Under the pieces are notes generated by a model. It saw only the letters and a list, made by a program, of their open reading frames with translations, was not told where the DNA came from and made no database searches. From Thiorhodococcus fuscus (GTDB lineage Bacteria; Pseudomonadota; Gammaproteobacteria; Chromatiales; Chromatiaceae), in assembly GCF_042682685.1 (NCBI RefSeq), contig NZ_JBHUHX010000009.1, positions 55,805 to 119,804 of the forward strand: a DNA stretch of 64,000 nucleotides, written 5' to 3'. Positions 36,946 through 47,496 of the stretch are shown here, piece by piece. Within the stretch, counting starts at the first letter, position 1; every line of letters begins with the position of its first letter. A program made the position numbers and the translations under genes.

Positions 36946-37610
36946 GGCTGGCTCCGAGTCGGTTGATCCGTATCGGTTGTGGCGACCTCGGCTGGGGCCG
37001 TCAGCGCATCGCGATGCTCGGCGAAGAACTGCAGCCCCTCGCGGATGGAGCGCACCACGCCGCGCGGCGTGATGGTGGCCCCGCTGAACTGGTCGAAATC
37101 GCCGCCGTCCTTTTTGACGCCCCAACGGTCAAGCGGAGGATCGCCAATCGCGCGTCCGTCGAAGCCGAGGATCCAGTCGTCCTTGGCCAATTCGATCTTA
37201 TCGCCCAACCCAGGCGTCTCGGCATGGGCGAGGACGCGCACGCCGATGATGCGTCCCTGGGCGTCGAGCCCCAGGATGGAGTCGATCTCGCCGGCATAGC
37301 CGAAGCCGACGATGCGGTAGGCGACACCGGTGACATCGAGTCCCTTGAGCGCGCGATAGACCACCACGTCCTGCCCGTCGTCGCCCTTGACGACCAGGGG
37401 GTTCGCAAGCAGGTCGTTGTCGTGGATCTCGGGCGGAATGACCTGGGTCAGCGACGCCTTGAGATCCTCGGCATGACGCTGCTCGATGGCCCCTTCGGTC
37501 GCGAGATCTCCGATCACCAGGAGCGCGGCGGCCAGGAGGGTGAATCCGCCGAGCAATCCGGCCTGATAGCCGACGCTCTGACGATCGAGGGACTTTGCGG
37601 CAAAGTTCAT
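36942..37610 (-). CDS. rnfG: Rnf complex subunit G (FMN-binding)
   Basis: 222 aa starting MNFAAKSL. Covalent FMN attachment motif SGATITPRG. ATGA overlaps with rnfD and rnfE. Confidence 0.8.
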   Translation of the reverse strand: MNFAAKSLDRQSVGYQAGLLGGFTLLAAALLVIGDLATEGAIEQRHAEDLKASLTQVIPPEIHDNDLLANPLVVKGDDGQDVVVYRALKGLDVTGVAYRIVGFGYAGEIDSILGLDAQGRIIGVRVLAHAETPGLGDKIELAKDDWILGFDGRAIGDPPLDRWGVKKDGGDFDQFSGATITPRGVVRSIREGLQFFAEHRDALTAPAEVATTDTDQPTRSQP

Positions 37611-38698
37611 GGCTTCACCTCCACGTCGTTGGCGTACTCGATCGGCTGACCGCGACGATCGCGGCCGTAGACGCGCGGTTTGACATAGTGGTCGATCAAG
37701 GGTGTGCAGGCGTTCATCAGCAGCACCGCGAAGGCCACGCCCTCGGGATAGCCGGCCCAGGTGCGAATGACATAGATCAGCAGACCGCAGCCGGCGGCGA
37801 AGATGATCTGACCACGCCGGGTGACCGGTGAGGTGACCAGATCGGTCGCGATGAAGAAGGCGCCGAGCAGGGTCGCGCCGGAGACCAGATGATAGTAGGG
37901 GCCGGTGTAGTGCTCGGGGTCGATGAGGTGCATGACCGTCGCCAGGATGGCGATGGTGGCCATCATGGTCACCGGGATGTGCCAGCTGATGATCCGCTTG
38001 TAGATGAGGAAGACCCCGCCGCCGAGCAGCAGCAACGCGGAGGTCTCGCCCATGCTGCCGGCCACCGTGCCGATGGCGCCCGAGAAGGGACCGAAGACCT
38101 CGGGCAGGATTGTCGAAAGACCATGCCCTTGCCCCAATTCGGTGCGGACATGCCCGAGCACCGTGGCACCGCTGAATGCATCGAAACCCTGGCCGCCGAA
38201 GGTGATCGCTAGGCTCTCGAGCAGGCCGGGCGCATGCGAGGATAACAGCGGGGCCGGAACGACGAAGCTGGTCATCTCCAGCGGGAAGGTGATGAGCAGG
38301 GCCACGCGCGCGATCATGGCCGGATTGAAGAGGTTCTGGCCGATGCCGCCGAAGACCTGCTTGGCGACGACGATGGCCAGCACGCTGCCGACGACCCCGA
38401 TCCACCAGGGCGCCCAGGGCGGCAGAGTCATGGCGAGCAGCCAGCCGGTGAGGATCGCCGAGCCGTCCATCAGATAGGGACGCACCGGCTTTCCGGCCAC
38501 GCGCAGCGAGGCGGCCTCGGCCAGCACCGCCGCGAGGATGGTGACGACGAACAGATAGAGCGCGGGCCAGCCGAACTGGACGATGCCGAACAGGGTGGCC
38601 GGCAACAGGGCCAGCATGACCAGCCCCATGGTCCGGGAAATGCTGACCGGCTCGTGCGCGAATGGACCGGCCTTGGCCGCCGGTGTTTCGATACTCAT
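37607..38698 (-). CDS. rnfD: Rnf complex subunit D
   Basis: Start at MSIETP (38698). NqrB/RnfD-family membrane protein (..FSGATVLG.., ..GGGVFLIY..). Confidence 0.85.
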   Translation of the reverse strand: MSIETPAAKAGPFAHEPVSISRTMGLVMLALLPATLFGIVQFGWPALYLFVVTILAAVLAEAASLRVAGKPVRPYLMDGSAILTGWLLAMTLPPWAPWWIGVVGSVLAIVVAKQVFGGIGQNLFNPAMIARVALLITFPLEMTSFVVPAPLLSSHAPGLLESLAITFGGQGFDAFSGATVLGHVRTELGQGHGLSTILPEVFGPFSGAIGTVAGSMGETSALLLLGGGVFLIYKRIISWHIPVTMMATIAILATVMHLIDPEHYTGPYYHLVSGATLLGAFFIATDLVTSPVTRRGQIIFAAGCGLLIYVIRTWAGYPEGVAFAVLLMNACTPLIDHYVKPRVYGRDRRGQPIEYANDVEVKP

Positions 38699-38699
38699 C

Positions 38700-40241
38700 T
38701 CATGCCTCCGTCTCGGCTGCGGACCGAACCGGTCGATCCGTCTGGCCCTCTTGAGCCGCCTGAGCCTCGGCGGCGGCCTTCTTCTCGGCCTCCGCCTTCT
38801 TCTTCGCCGCCATCTCGCGCTTGCGCTTCGCCATGGCCTCGCGCTTGGCCTGCTTGATCGCCTCCATGCGCGCGGTGCGCTGCTCGGCGAGACGCTTGGT
38901 CTCGGCCTGCTTCTGCTTGGCCCGTCCGCGCGCCGCCATCTCGCCCTTGGCATAGTTGAAGAACTGGACCAGCGGGATATGCCCCGGACAGACATAGGCG
39001 CATGAACCGCAGCCGATGCAGTCCATCAGCCCCAGCTCGACCGCGCCCTCGAGATCCCCGATCCGGGTATGGGACGCCATCTCCAGCGGGACCAGACCGC
39101 AGGGACAGGCCTGGACGCAGCTTCCGCAGCGGATGCAGGGCATGGGCTCGCGCGCGTTGGTCTCCTCGGCCGTGAGGGCGAGGACGCCGTTGCTGCCCTT
39201 GACCATGGGGACACGGGTACTCGGCAGCGGCTGTCCCATCATGGGGCCGCCGCTGATGAGTCGCGTTGGATCGACCTTGAAGCCACCGCAGTGGTCCAGC
39301 AGATCCTGGACCTTGGTGCCCAGCGGAACGCGCAGATTGCGCGGCTGGGCGATGGCGCCGCCGGTGACGGTGACCACGCGCGAGACCAGCGGATACCCGA
39401 AACGCAGCGCCTCGTGCACGGCGAAGGCGGTGGCCGGGTTGTGCACCACGACACCGATCTCGGCGGTCAGGGCGCGGGCCGGGGTCTCGCGCCCGGTCAG
39501 GGTCTGCACCAGATGCTTCTCCGACCCCATCGGATAGCGGGTCGGCAAACGGGCGATGCGGATATCGGGATAGGCCGAGGCGGCAACGGCCATGGCGGCC
39601 TGAGCCTCGGGCTTGTTGTTCTCGATCGCGACGATGATCTGCTTCACGCCCAGGGCGTGGGCCATGATGCGGATGCCGTCGATCACCGCGTTCGCGCACT
39701 CGCGCATCAGACGATCGTCGCAGGTCAGATAGGGCTCGCACTCGGCGCCGTTGATGACCAGGGTGTGGACCTGGAATCGCTTGCGCAGGTTCAGCTTGAC
39801 CGCCGCCGGGAAGGTCGCCCCGCCCAGACCCACGATCCCGGCCTTGGCCACACGTTCGGCCACCGCCTCGGGTTCGAGCGCAAAGGGATCCTCGACGCCC
39901 TGGATATGGTCCGCCCAGCGATCCTCGCCGTCTGGCTTCAGGGTGATGGTCGGCACCGAAAGACCGGAGGCATGGTGGGCCGGATAGCTGCCGACGCCCA
40001 TGATGCGCCCGGAGGTCGGCGCATGCACCGGGGCCGAGATCACGCCCTGGCCCTGGGCCAGCAGATCGCCCTTGGCGACCATCTGACCGCGTCGCACCGC
40101 CGGACTGGCGGGCGCGCCGATGTGCTGCTGCAACGGGATATGCAGCAGGGCCGGCATCGGCAGCGACTCGATCGACTGCCCGGCGGCCAACTGCTTGCGG
40201 TCGTCCGGGTGGACACCGCCTCGAATCTTGAAGAGTTTCAT
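38700..40241 (-). CDS. rnfC: Rnf complex subunit C (NADH-binding, 2x[4Fe-4S])
   Basis: 513 aa. CIRCGSCVQACP and CIGCGSCAYVCP ferredoxin motifs. Lys/Ala/Glu-rich C-terminal tail. Confidence 0.85.
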   Translation of the reverse strand: MKLFKIRGGVHPDDRKQLAAGQSIESLPMPALLHIPLQQHIGAPASPAVRRGQMVAKGDLLAQGQGVISAPVHAPTSGRIMGVGSYPAHHASGLSVPTITLKPDGEDRWADHIQGVEDPFALEPEAVAERVAKAGIVGLGGATFPAAVKLNLRKRFQVHTLVINGAECEPYLTCDDRLMRECANAVIDGIRIMAHALGVKQIIVAIENNKPEAQAAMAVAASAYPDIRIARLPTRYPMGSEKHLVQTLTGRETPARALTAEIGVVVHNPATAFAVHEALRFGYPLVSRVVTVTGGAIAQPRNLRVPLGTKVQDLLDHCGGFKVDPTRLISGGPMMGQPLPSTRVPMVKGSNGVLALTAEETNAREPMPCIRCGSCVQACPCGLVPLEMASHTRIGDLEGAVELGLMDCIGCGSCAYVCPGHIPLVQFFNYAKGEMAARGRAKQKQAETKRLAEQRTARMEAIKQAKREAMAKRKREMAAKKKAEAEKKAAAEAQAAQEGQTDRPVRSAAETEA

Positions 40242-40284
40242 GACCGTGCGCCCCCTGTGGTCCGAAGAAGAGCCCCGATACCGT

Positions 40285-40818
40285 TCATGCCGCCACCGCC
40301 GCCGGCTTGGGCCAATGCCAGGTCTGCAGGGTCGGCGTCAATGGACGCATCTCGATGCATTCGGTGGGACAGACGTCGAAGCAGAGTTCGCAGCCGATAC
40401 AGGCATCGGCGAAGACGCTGTGGATCATGTTGTTCGCCCCCATGATGGCGTCGGTCGGGCAGCGCTTGAAGCACTTGGTGCAACCGATGCAGATGTTCTC
40501 GTGGATGTGGGCGATCATCGGCGGCTTGTCCTCGACGCCGGACAGATCGGCCGTCACCCCGAGCAGACTTGCCAGTTCCTCGGCCAAGACGCGGCCGCCA
40601 GGCGGGCAGATGGTGACGGGCGCAGCACCCGAGGCGATGGCCTCGGCGGCGGGACCGCAGCCGGGGTAGCCACACTGTCCGCACTGAGAGCCGGGCAGGA
40701 GGGCCGCCACCTGCTCGGTCGCGGCGCTGGACTCCACCTTGAGATAGCGCGAGGCGATACCGAGGAGCAAGCCCAAGGCGAGACCTAGCGTGGTGAGACT
40801 GGCGATCGCGGCAAGCAT
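40285..40818 (-). CDS. rnfB: Rnf complex subunit B (polyferredoxin)
   Basis: 177 aa. N-terminal CGQCGYPGC, then CIGCTKCFKRCP and CIGCELCFDVCP. Confidence 0.85.
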   Translation of the reverse strand: MLAAIASLTTLGLALGLLLGIASRYLKVESSAATEQVAALLPGSQCGQCGYPGCGPAAEAIASGAAPVTICPPGGRVLAEELASLLGVTADLSGVEDKPPMIAHIHENICIGCTKCFKRCPTDAIMGANNMIHSVFADACIGCELCFDVCPTECIEMRPLTPTLQTWHWPKPAAVAA

Positions 40819-40906
40819 GTCTGACAGATCTCCGTTTGGATGACGTGGAGTTCGATGGTTTCGCTGGTCGAGACGGACACGCCCACCAAGACGTATCCGG
40901 CAGGCA

Positions 40907-41482
40907 CTAGGTCAACCCGGCGAAGCCCATGAAGGCGAGCGAGAGCAGCCCCGCCGCAACGAAGGCGATGGGAGCGCCGGCGAAGGCGGCGGGCACCTGG
41001 GCGAGCGCGAGCCGCTCGCGCATCCCGGCGAACAGCACCATCACCAGGGTGAAGCCGAGCGCCGAACCGAATCCGTAGAGCACGCTCTCCAGGAAGCCGT
41101 GATCCTCCTGGACGTTCAGCAGGGCGACGCCGAGCACGGCGCAGTTGGTGGTGATGAGCGGCAGATAGATGCCCAGCACCTGATAGAGAGAGGGCGAGAT
41201 CTTGCGCACCGCCATCTCGGTGAACTGCACGACGGCCGCGATCACCAGAATGAAGGTGAGGATGCGCAGGAAGCCGATGTCCAGCGGCTGCAGCACGAAA
41301 TGCTCCAGCAGCCAACCGGCGACTGCGGCCAGGGTCAGCACAAAGGTGGTCGCAAGCCCCATACCAAGCGCCGAATCGAGTTTGTTCGACACCCCCATGA
41401 AGGGGCAAAGACCGAGAAATTTGACCAGCACCACATTGTTAACCAGTGCGGTGCCGAGGATCAGCATGAGATACTCGCCCAT
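40907..41482 (-). CDS. rnfA: Rnf complex subunit A
   Basis: Start at MGEYLM (41482). [21 protein letters not shown] is the RnfA/NqrE signature. Confidence 0.85.
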   Translation of the reverse strand: MGEYLMLILGTALVNNVVLVKFLGLCPFMGVSNKLDSALGMGLATTFVLTLAAVAGWLLEHFVLQPLDIGFLRILTFILVIAAVVQFTEMAVRKISPSLYQVLGIYLPLITTNCAVLGVALLNVQEDHGFLESVLYGFGSALGFTLVMVLFAGMRERLALAQVPAAFAGAPIAFVAAGLLSLAFMGFAGLT

Positions 41483-41525
41483 CGGTAACGAAACCTTTCG
41501 CATTCGGCCAGGATGACGTCACGCA

Positions 41526-41541
41526 TGCAAACGGGGTGCCA
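41526..41541 (-). promoter_or_regulatory. Sigma-54 (-24/-12) promoter of the rnf operon
   Basis: The minus strand reads TGGCAC-cccgt-TTGCA (perfect GG/GC spacing), ~45 bp upstream of the rnfA start. Confidence 0.6.
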
Positions 41542-41696
41542 TCTTGATCCTGCCTCCCACCGTCTCCATCTGTTCGGGCCTTGCGCGCATACTCCCCGGC
41601 GAGATCGGGAGCACCGAAACAGCCACTTGGCGGGTTCGTCACACGACTGGACGACGCATCCGAGCACCAAGCGCAACACCCGACAAAAACAGCGAC

Positions 41697-41712
41697 TGTC
41701 GTGCTGACAACA
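41697..41712. promoter_or_regulatory. NifA upstream activator sequence (TGT-N10-ACA) in the rnf/nifL intergenic region
   Basis: TGTcgtgctgacaACA. A second TGTtggaaaactgACA lies at 41740-41755. Confidence 0.5.
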
Positions 41713-41864
41713 GAATTCTTGTTGCGGCGCGGCTAGAAATGTTGGAAAACTGACAAGGGATTTCGCTCGGGCCGGCGCCCGAGACACTGCCGAAACGGAA
41801 GAAATCTGGTCTATTTTGTGCTTGACACTCGCATCAAGCCCGCTGAACTTCTCAGGAGAATGCC

Positions 41865-43505
41865 GTGCCGGTTCGACAAGCCCCGGAACCCGCCCAGCAA
41901 GCCGTCATCAATGCGCTGGGCGAATTTCTCGCCTCGCCTCCGGTCGGAACGCCACCGGAAGTGGTGGAAGCGCTGGCCTTGATGGGGGGCGACCCAAGCG
42001 ATCCCCTGCCACCGCGACTGTTCTTCGAGGCCGTTGAGCAATCGCCCATCGCCATCTCGATCACCGACGCCAAGGCGACCATCCTCTACGCCAACCATGC
42101 CTTCGAGACGCTCACCGGCTACAGCCGCGAAGAGGTACGGGGACAGAACGAGGCGATCCTGTCCAACAACGCCACCCCGGACAGCGTCTATCAGCACCTG
42201 TGGCGCACCATCCAGCATAAACAGACCTGGACCGGCACCCTAGTGAACCGCACCAAGCAAGGCGGCGACTACCTGGCCGAGTTGACCATCTCGCCGGTGC
42301 TGGACGGCGACGGCGACCTCAAATACTTCCTCGGCATGCATCGCGACGTCACCAAGATGCACGAGCTCGAGGGGGCGTTGCGCCAGCAGAAGACCCGCAT
42401 CGAGACGGTACTCGATGCCGCGCCGGTGATCGTGGTGCTGCTCGACAGCGAGGGACGGGTCATCCTCGACAACCAGGAATACAAAAAGCTGCTCGACGAC
42501 CTCCAGGGCAAGGAGCCGGTCGAGGTCTTGCGCAAGGCGGTCGGCGAGCAGCTCGGACTCGATGCCTTCGCCGCCTGTCTGGACGGACATGGATTCAAGA
42601 ACGTCGAGGTCAGCATCGACATCCGAGGCAATCAGGGACCGCGCTGGTTCTCCTGCTCCGGAACCCCGGTCGACGAGGCGGACCCAACGGCACGCAGCTT
42701 TTTCGGTCAGCAGGCGCCGAGCGATCGCCGACTGCTGCTGCTCGCGAACGACATCACCGGACGCCGACGCGAGATCGAGCGCGCCCACCTTGAGCATCTG
42801 CGCGCCCGGCTCGCCGAACAGCAGATGATGCACGGCATGCGCGAGGCGCTCGCCGCCGCCATCTACCAGATCCAGGTGCCGCTCAACGTCATCAACGCCG
42901 CCTCTGGCATGCTGCGCAGCGGCGCCGGCAACGTCGACACGCTGATCGGCATGCTCGACCAGATCAGCGACTCGGGCGCCAAGGCCCTGGCCACGCTCAA
43001 CGCCGCCCTACCCGAGGGGCCGCGCGAGTCCGGGGTGCGGGTCAACGTCAACGCCCTGCTGCGCCAGGTCCTGGAGCTGGAGACCGCACGACTGCTGGCG
43101 ACCGGCATCGTGGTCGACTGGCGGCCGGCGACCGTGCTGCCCGAGCTGAACGGCCACAAAAACCAGCTGCGCTCCATGTTCAAGCACCTGATCGACAACG
43201 CCATCCTGGCACTGCGCGAATGCAAGGCCCCGCAGCCCGAGCTCCGCATCACGACGCGCAGCCTGGACAAAGGGGTCGAGGTCGAGATCCAGGACAACGG
43301 ATCCGGCATCGCCCCGGAAGACCGCTACAGGGTCTTCGAGCCCTTCTATATCGGCTGGCGCAACCGCCAAGGGCGCGCCGGCATGGGGCTCGCCCTGTCG
43401 CAAGAGATCGTCAATGCCCATGGCGGATCGATCGAGATCGATCCCGACTGCAGCGATGGCTGTCTGATCCGCCTGTCCTTGAACGCCGTACTACCGGACG
43501 ACTGA
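41865..43505 (+). CDS. nifL: Nitrogen fixation regulatory protein NifL (PAS-PAS-GHKL)
   Basis: 546 aa. FFEAVEQSPIAISITDAKATILYANHAFETLTGYSREEVRGQNEAILSN..LWRTIQHKQTWTGTLVNRTKQG matches the NifL N-terminal PAS domain. C-terminal HATPase-like domain (..QDNGSGI..GMGLAL). Confidence 0.85.
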   Translation: MPVRQAPEPAQQAVINALGEFLASPPVGTPPEVVEALALMGGDPSDPLPPRLFFEAVEQSPIAISITDAKATILYANHAFETLTGYSREEVRGQNEAILSNNATPDSVYQHLWRTIQHKQTWTGTLVNRTKQGGDYLAELTISPVLDGDGDLKYFLGMHRDVTKMHELEGALRQQKTRIETVLDAAPVIVVLLDSEGRVILDNQEYKKLLDDLQGKEPVEVLRKAVGEQLGLDAFAACLDGHGFKNVEVSIDIRGNQGPRWFSCSGTPVDEADPTARSFFGQQAPSDRRLLLLANDITGRRREIERAHLEHLRARLAEQQMMHGMREALAAAIYQIQVPLNVINAASGMLRSGAGNVDTLIGMLDQISDSGAKALATLNAALPEGPRESGVRVNVNALLRQVLELETARLLATGIVVDWRPATVLPELNGHKNQLRSMFKHLIDNAILALRECKAPQPELRITTRSLDKGVEVEIQDNGSGIAPEDRYRVFEPFYIGWRNRQGRAGMGLALSQEIVNAHGGSIEIDPDCSDGCLIRLSLNAVLPDD

Positions 43506-43522
43506 CCTTGCCAGATCGATCA

Positions 43523-45118
43523 ATGAGTCCAAATTCTTCCGCCTTCGCCAGCGCCGAAGAGGCCAGCCGGCTCGCACTCCTCGAATCCCAACTGGCGGCA
43601 CTCTTCGAGGTGAGCAGCGTTCTCAGCCGATCGTTGAACCTGCGCCAGACCCTGCGCGAGGTGCTCAGCGTCCTGAGCGAGCGCGGACGCATGCACCATG
43701 GCCTGGTGTGCCTGCTCGACGAGGACCGCGGCGAGCTGATGATCAGCGCGCTGCACGACAAGGATGCCGAACCCTTCGAAAAGGTCACCTACCAGCCCGG
43801 CGAAGGTGTGATCGGACACATCCTCTCGTCGAACGAACCCTGGATCCTGCCCCGGATCGGCGACGAGCCGCGCTTCCTCGACCGTCTGAATCTCTACAAT
43901 CCGGATCTCCCCTTCATCGGGGTCCCCATCCGCGTCGGCGAGGAACACCCGATCGGCGTTCTCGCCGCCCAGCCACCACCGGGCGACGCGCTGCTCGGTC
44001 ACCAGGCACGCTTTCTGGAAATGGTCGCCAACCTCACCGGGCAGGCGGTCCGTCTCGCGCGCACGGTCGAGGCCGAGCAACAGGCGCTGCGCGAGGAGCG
44101 CGACAAGCTGCGCCGCGAGGTCAAGGGAACGCACGGCTTCGACAGCATCATCGGCCGCGCCGATTCCATGCGGCTGGTGTTCGAGCAGGTACGCCAGGTC
44201 GCCAAATGGAACACGACGGTACTGATTCGCGGCGAATCCGGTACCGGCAAGGAGCTGATCGCCAACGCCATCCACTACAACTCGCCGCGCGCGCGCGCGC
44301 CCTTCGTCAAGCTCAACTGCGCGGCGCTCCCGGACAACCTGCTCGAATCCGAGCTGTTCGGTCATGAGAAGGGCGCCTTCACCGGCGCCATCAACCAGCG
44401 CAAGGGACGTTTCGAACAGGCCGATGGCGGCACCCTCTTCCTCGACGAGATCGGCGAGATCACGCCGGCCTTCCAGGCCAAGCTCCTGCGGGTCTTGCAG
44501 GAGGGCGAGTTCGAGCGCGTCGGCGGCGGACGCACGCACAAGGTGGACGTCCGCGTCATCGCCGCCACCAATCGCGATCTGGAAGCCGAGGTACAAAGCG
44601 GGGAGTTCCGCGAGGATCTCTATTACCGGCTGAACGTCATGCCGATCCGCATGCCGGCCCTGCGCGAACGCATGGAGGACATCCCCGACCTGGCCCGCTT
44701 CCTGGTGAACAAGCTTTCCCGCACACAGGGACGCGATCTCCAAATCACCGACAGCGCGTTGCGCGTCCTGATGCGCTACGACTGGCCGGGCAACGTGCGC
44801 GAACTGGAGAACTGCATGGAGCGCGCCGCCGTCATGTGCGAAAACGGCCTCATCGACCGCGACGTCATCAACCTGACCGGACTGGATCTGAGCACGTCCA
44901 GCGCCGACCTGTCGCCGCCGGCCGCCGGCAGCAACGGTGGCAACGGCGCCCAACCGGTCGACCTCAACGACCCCAACCTGGATGAACGCGAACGCGTCAT
45001 CGCCGCGCTGGAAGAGGCCGGCTGGGTTCAGGCCAAGGCCGCCCGACTGCTCAACATGACGCCGCGCCAGATCGCTTACCGGATCCAGACGCTCAACATC
45101 AAGATGCGGCAGTTCTGA
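43523..45118 (+). CDS. nifA: Nif-specific sigma-54-dependent activator NifA (GAF-AAA+-HTH)
   Basis: GAF domain, AAA+ core with GESGTGKE and the GAFTGA sigma54-contact motif (HEKGAFTGA), ESELFGHEKGAFTGA, C-terminal HTH ..QAKAARLLNMTPRQIAYRI. Start 18 bp after the nifL stop. Confidence 0.9.
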   Translation: MSPNSSAFASAEEASRLALLESQLAALFEVSSVLSRSLNLRQTLREVLSVLSERGRMHHGLVCLLDEDRGELMISALHDKDAEPFEKVTYQPGEGVIGHILSSNEPWILPRIGDEPRFLDRLNLYNPDLPFIGVPIRVGEEHPIGVLAAQPPPGDALLGHQARFLEMVANLTGQAVRLARTVEAEQQALREERDKLRREVKGTHGFDSIIGRADSMRLVFEQVRQVAKWNTTVLIRGESGTGKELIANAIHYNSPRARAPFVKLNCAALPDNLLESELFGHEKGAFTGAINQRKGRFEQADGGTLFLDEIGEITPAFQAKLLRVLQEGEFERVGGGRTHKVDVRVIAATNRDLEAEVQSGEFREDLYYRLNVMPIRMPALRERMEDIPDLARFLVNKLSRTQGRDLQITDSALRVLMRYDWPGNVRELENCMERAAVMCENGLIDRDVINLTGLDLSTSSADLSPPAAGSNGGNGAQPVDLNDPNLDERERVIAALEEAGWVQAKAARLLNMTPRQIAYRIQTLNIKMRQF

Positions 45119-45227
45119 CCGCCCTGGGGTCGTGGGCGGCCAGACCGACCCACGGCCCGAATCGAATCCGCCCCGAACCGAGACAGGAAGTCAGAACGCC
45201 GGGGCCGCATTGACCGAGGTCTCGATC

Positions 45228-45887
45228 ATGACAGGGCTCGCGATCCTCATCGGCTCGATTGTGCTGTTTCTGCTCTCGAAGGTCTGGTCGAACCGACGAC
45301 GGAAGAAACGGGCGGACTTCATTCGCTCCCACCCCTTCCCGAACGGCCTGCTCGACCGGCTCGCGGCCAGACACCCGTCACTCTCGACGCACGATCGGCA
45401 CCTGGTCTCGCGCGCGCTGCGCCAGTTTTTTCTCGTCTATCTGGCCAGCGGACGCCGATTCGTCTCCATGCCGTCGCGGGTCGCGGACGATCTCTGGCAC
45501 GAGTTCATCCTCTATACCCGCCACTACGACGCCTTCTGCCGACGCGCCTTCGGACGTTTCCTGCACCACACCCCAGCCGTGGTCATGGGATCGGATCGAA
45601 TCGGTAACGCCGGTCTGCGGCGCGCCTGGTGGTTCGCCTGCCGCGAGGAACGCCTGGATCCGAAAAAACCGGCCCGGCTGCCGCTCCTCTTCGCGCTGGA
45701 CGCGCAGCTCGGGATCGAGGACGGGTTCCGCTACGCGCTCGATTGCCACCCGCAGCGGGGAAGCGACACGGACGAGCCGATCCATTGCATCGCCGATCTG
45801 GCCAGCGGCGACTCAAGCGACGGATGCGGCGGCTCCTGGTTCGGATGCGATGGCGGAGGCGATGGCGGAGGATGCGGCGGGGATTGA
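45228..45887 (+). CDS. Hypothetical membrane-anchored protein with Gly/Asp/Cys-rich C-terminal tail
   Basis: N-terminal TM helix (LAILIGSIVLFLL), conserved-looking DLWHEFILYTRHYDAFC..FGRFLHHTP block, C-terminal ..DGCGGSWFGCDGGGDGGGCGGD. Confidence 0.4.
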   Translation: MTGLAILIGSIVLFLLSKVWSNRRRKKRADFIRSHPFPNGLLDRLAARHPSLSTHDRHLVSRALRQFFLVYLASGRRFVSMPSRVADDLWHEFILYTRHYDAFCRRAFGRFLHHTPAVVMGSDRIGNAGLRRAWWFACREERLDPKKPARLPLLFALDAQLGIEDGFRYALDCHPQRGSDTDEPIHCIADLASGDSSDGCGGSWFGCDGGGDGGGCGGD

Positions 45888-46019
45888 TCGCCGCCTGCCC
45901 GGCGAATAATCCGCCTCAAAGGTTGCACGCTCGGCCCAAGGAAACCAAGATTCGCCCACTCCGGCCGCACCTGGCCTCAGCCGTGCCATCGACACGCCAC
46001 CGAGGAGAGTCAAGACCGA

Positions 46020-47465
46020 ATGCATTGGCGCGCCATCATTCGACTGTTCGGCATCCTGCTGATGCTCTACAGCCTGAGTTTCCTGCCCTCGATCGTCGTC
46101 GCGCTCATCTACAACGACGGCGAATGGCTGGTGTTCGGGGTCTCCCTGGTCATCACGGCGAGTATCGGCGTCTTCCTCTGGCTGCCCAACATTCGGGAGC
46201 AGACCGAGCTCTCGGTGCGCGACGGCTTTCTCATCGTCACCCTGTTCTGGGCGTTGCTCGGCATGGTCGGCGCCCTGCCCTTCATCCTGGGCCTGCACCT
46301 GAACGTCACCGACGCGGTGTTCGAGTCCATCTCCGGGTTCACCACCACCGGGGCCACCGTCATCGAGGGACTGGATCGGCTGCCGCCCTCCGTTCTCTAC
46401 CATCGCCAGCAGATCCACTGGCTCGGCGGAATGGGCGTCATCGTGCTCGCGGTCGCCATCCTGCCGCTACTCGGCGTCGGAGGCATGCAGCTCTACCGCG
46501 CCGAGACCTCCGGGGTCGCCAAGCACGAGAAGCCCACCCCGCGCATCGCCGAGACCGCGCGCGTTCTCTGGGCCATCTATTTCGCCCTCACCGCCGCCTG
46601 CGCGCTCGCCTTCTGGCTCGCCGGAATGAATACCTTCGACGCCATCGGTCATGCCTTCGCGACCGTCTCGACCGGCGGCTTCTCCACCCACGACGCCAGC
46701 ATCGGCTATTTCGACAGCCCGCTCATCGAGGCCATCGCCACCTTCTTCATGCTCGCTGGCGGTATCAACTTCACGATCCATTTTCTCGCTTGGCGCAAAC
46801 GCGACCCCGGTGCCTACCTGATCGATCCCGAGGTCCGTGCCTTCGGACTCATCTTTCTCGGCGGATCCCTGTTCGTAGCGGCCAGCCTCTACTGGGCAAA
46901 CGCCTATCCCGAAGGCTTGACCTGTCTGCGCTACGCCTCCTTTCAGGTCGCCTCCATCCTCACCAGCACCGGCTTCGGCACCGCCACCTACGCACTCTGG
47001 CCGCTACACGTCCCACTGGTGCTCGTGATCCTTTCATTCACCGGCGGCTGTGGCGGGTCGACGGCTGGTGGAATCAAGGTGCTGCGGGTGATACTGCTGG
47101 TCAAACTGGGCTTCCGCCAGCTCTTCCAGCTCGCACACCCGCAGGCGCTCGCCGTGGTGAAGGTGGGCAACCGCTCGGTGACCGAAGACATCCTGTTCTC
47201 GGTCTGGGGCTTCTCCGTCCTCTATGTGGTGACCTGCGTACTCCTGACCGTCGCCATGATGGCAGCCGGACTCGATCTGGAATCCGCATTCGGCGCAGTG
47301 GTCGCCACCGTCAACCTGCTCGGCCCCGGACTCGGCAAGGTCGCCACCAACTTCGCCACGGTCGACCCGGTCGTCAAATGGCTAGGCGTCTTCGGCATGC
47401 TCGCCGGACGCCTTGAGATCTTCACACTCTTCATCCTCTTCCTCCCGGACTACTGGCGGAACTGA
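46020..47465 (+). CDS. trkH: TrkH/KtrB-family K+ uptake transporter membrane subunit
   Basis: 481 aa. Repeated M-P-M motifs with selectivity-filter-like glycines ([31 protein letters not shown]). Confidence 0.85.
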   Translation: MHWRAIIRLFGILLMLYSLSFLPSIVVALIYNDGEWLVFGVSLVITASIGVFLWLPNIREQTELSVRDGFLIVTLFWALLGMVGALPFILGLHLNVTDAVFESISGFTTTGATVIEGLDRLPPSVLYHRQQIHWLGGMGVIVLAVAILPLLGVGGMQLYRAETSGVAKHEKPTPRIAETARVLWAIYFALTAACALAFWLAGMNTFDAIGHAFATVSTGGFSTHDASIGYFDSPLIEAIATFFMLAGGINFTIHFLAWRKRDPGAYLIDPEVRAFGLIFLGGSLFVAASLYWANAYPEGLTCLRYASFQVASILTSTGFGTATYALWPLHVPLVLVILSFTGGCGGSTAGGIKVLRVILLVKLGFRQLFQLAHPQALAVVKVGNRSVTEDILFSVWGFSVLYVVTCVLLTVAMMAAGLDLESAFGAVVATVNLLGPGLGKVATNFATVDPVVKWLGVFGMLAGRLEIFTLFILFLPDYWRN

Positions 47466-47496
47466 TCCAGCAGGGTCAACCGGCTGATCCGCACCA

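Noticed and set aside
36182-38405. ORFs 36182..36844 and 36942..38405 (minus) overlapping the rnf genes
   Set aside because: Alternative-frame shadows. Only the frames encoding RnfE/G/D signatures were kept, with starts adjusted to internal ATGs that give 4-bp coupled junctions.
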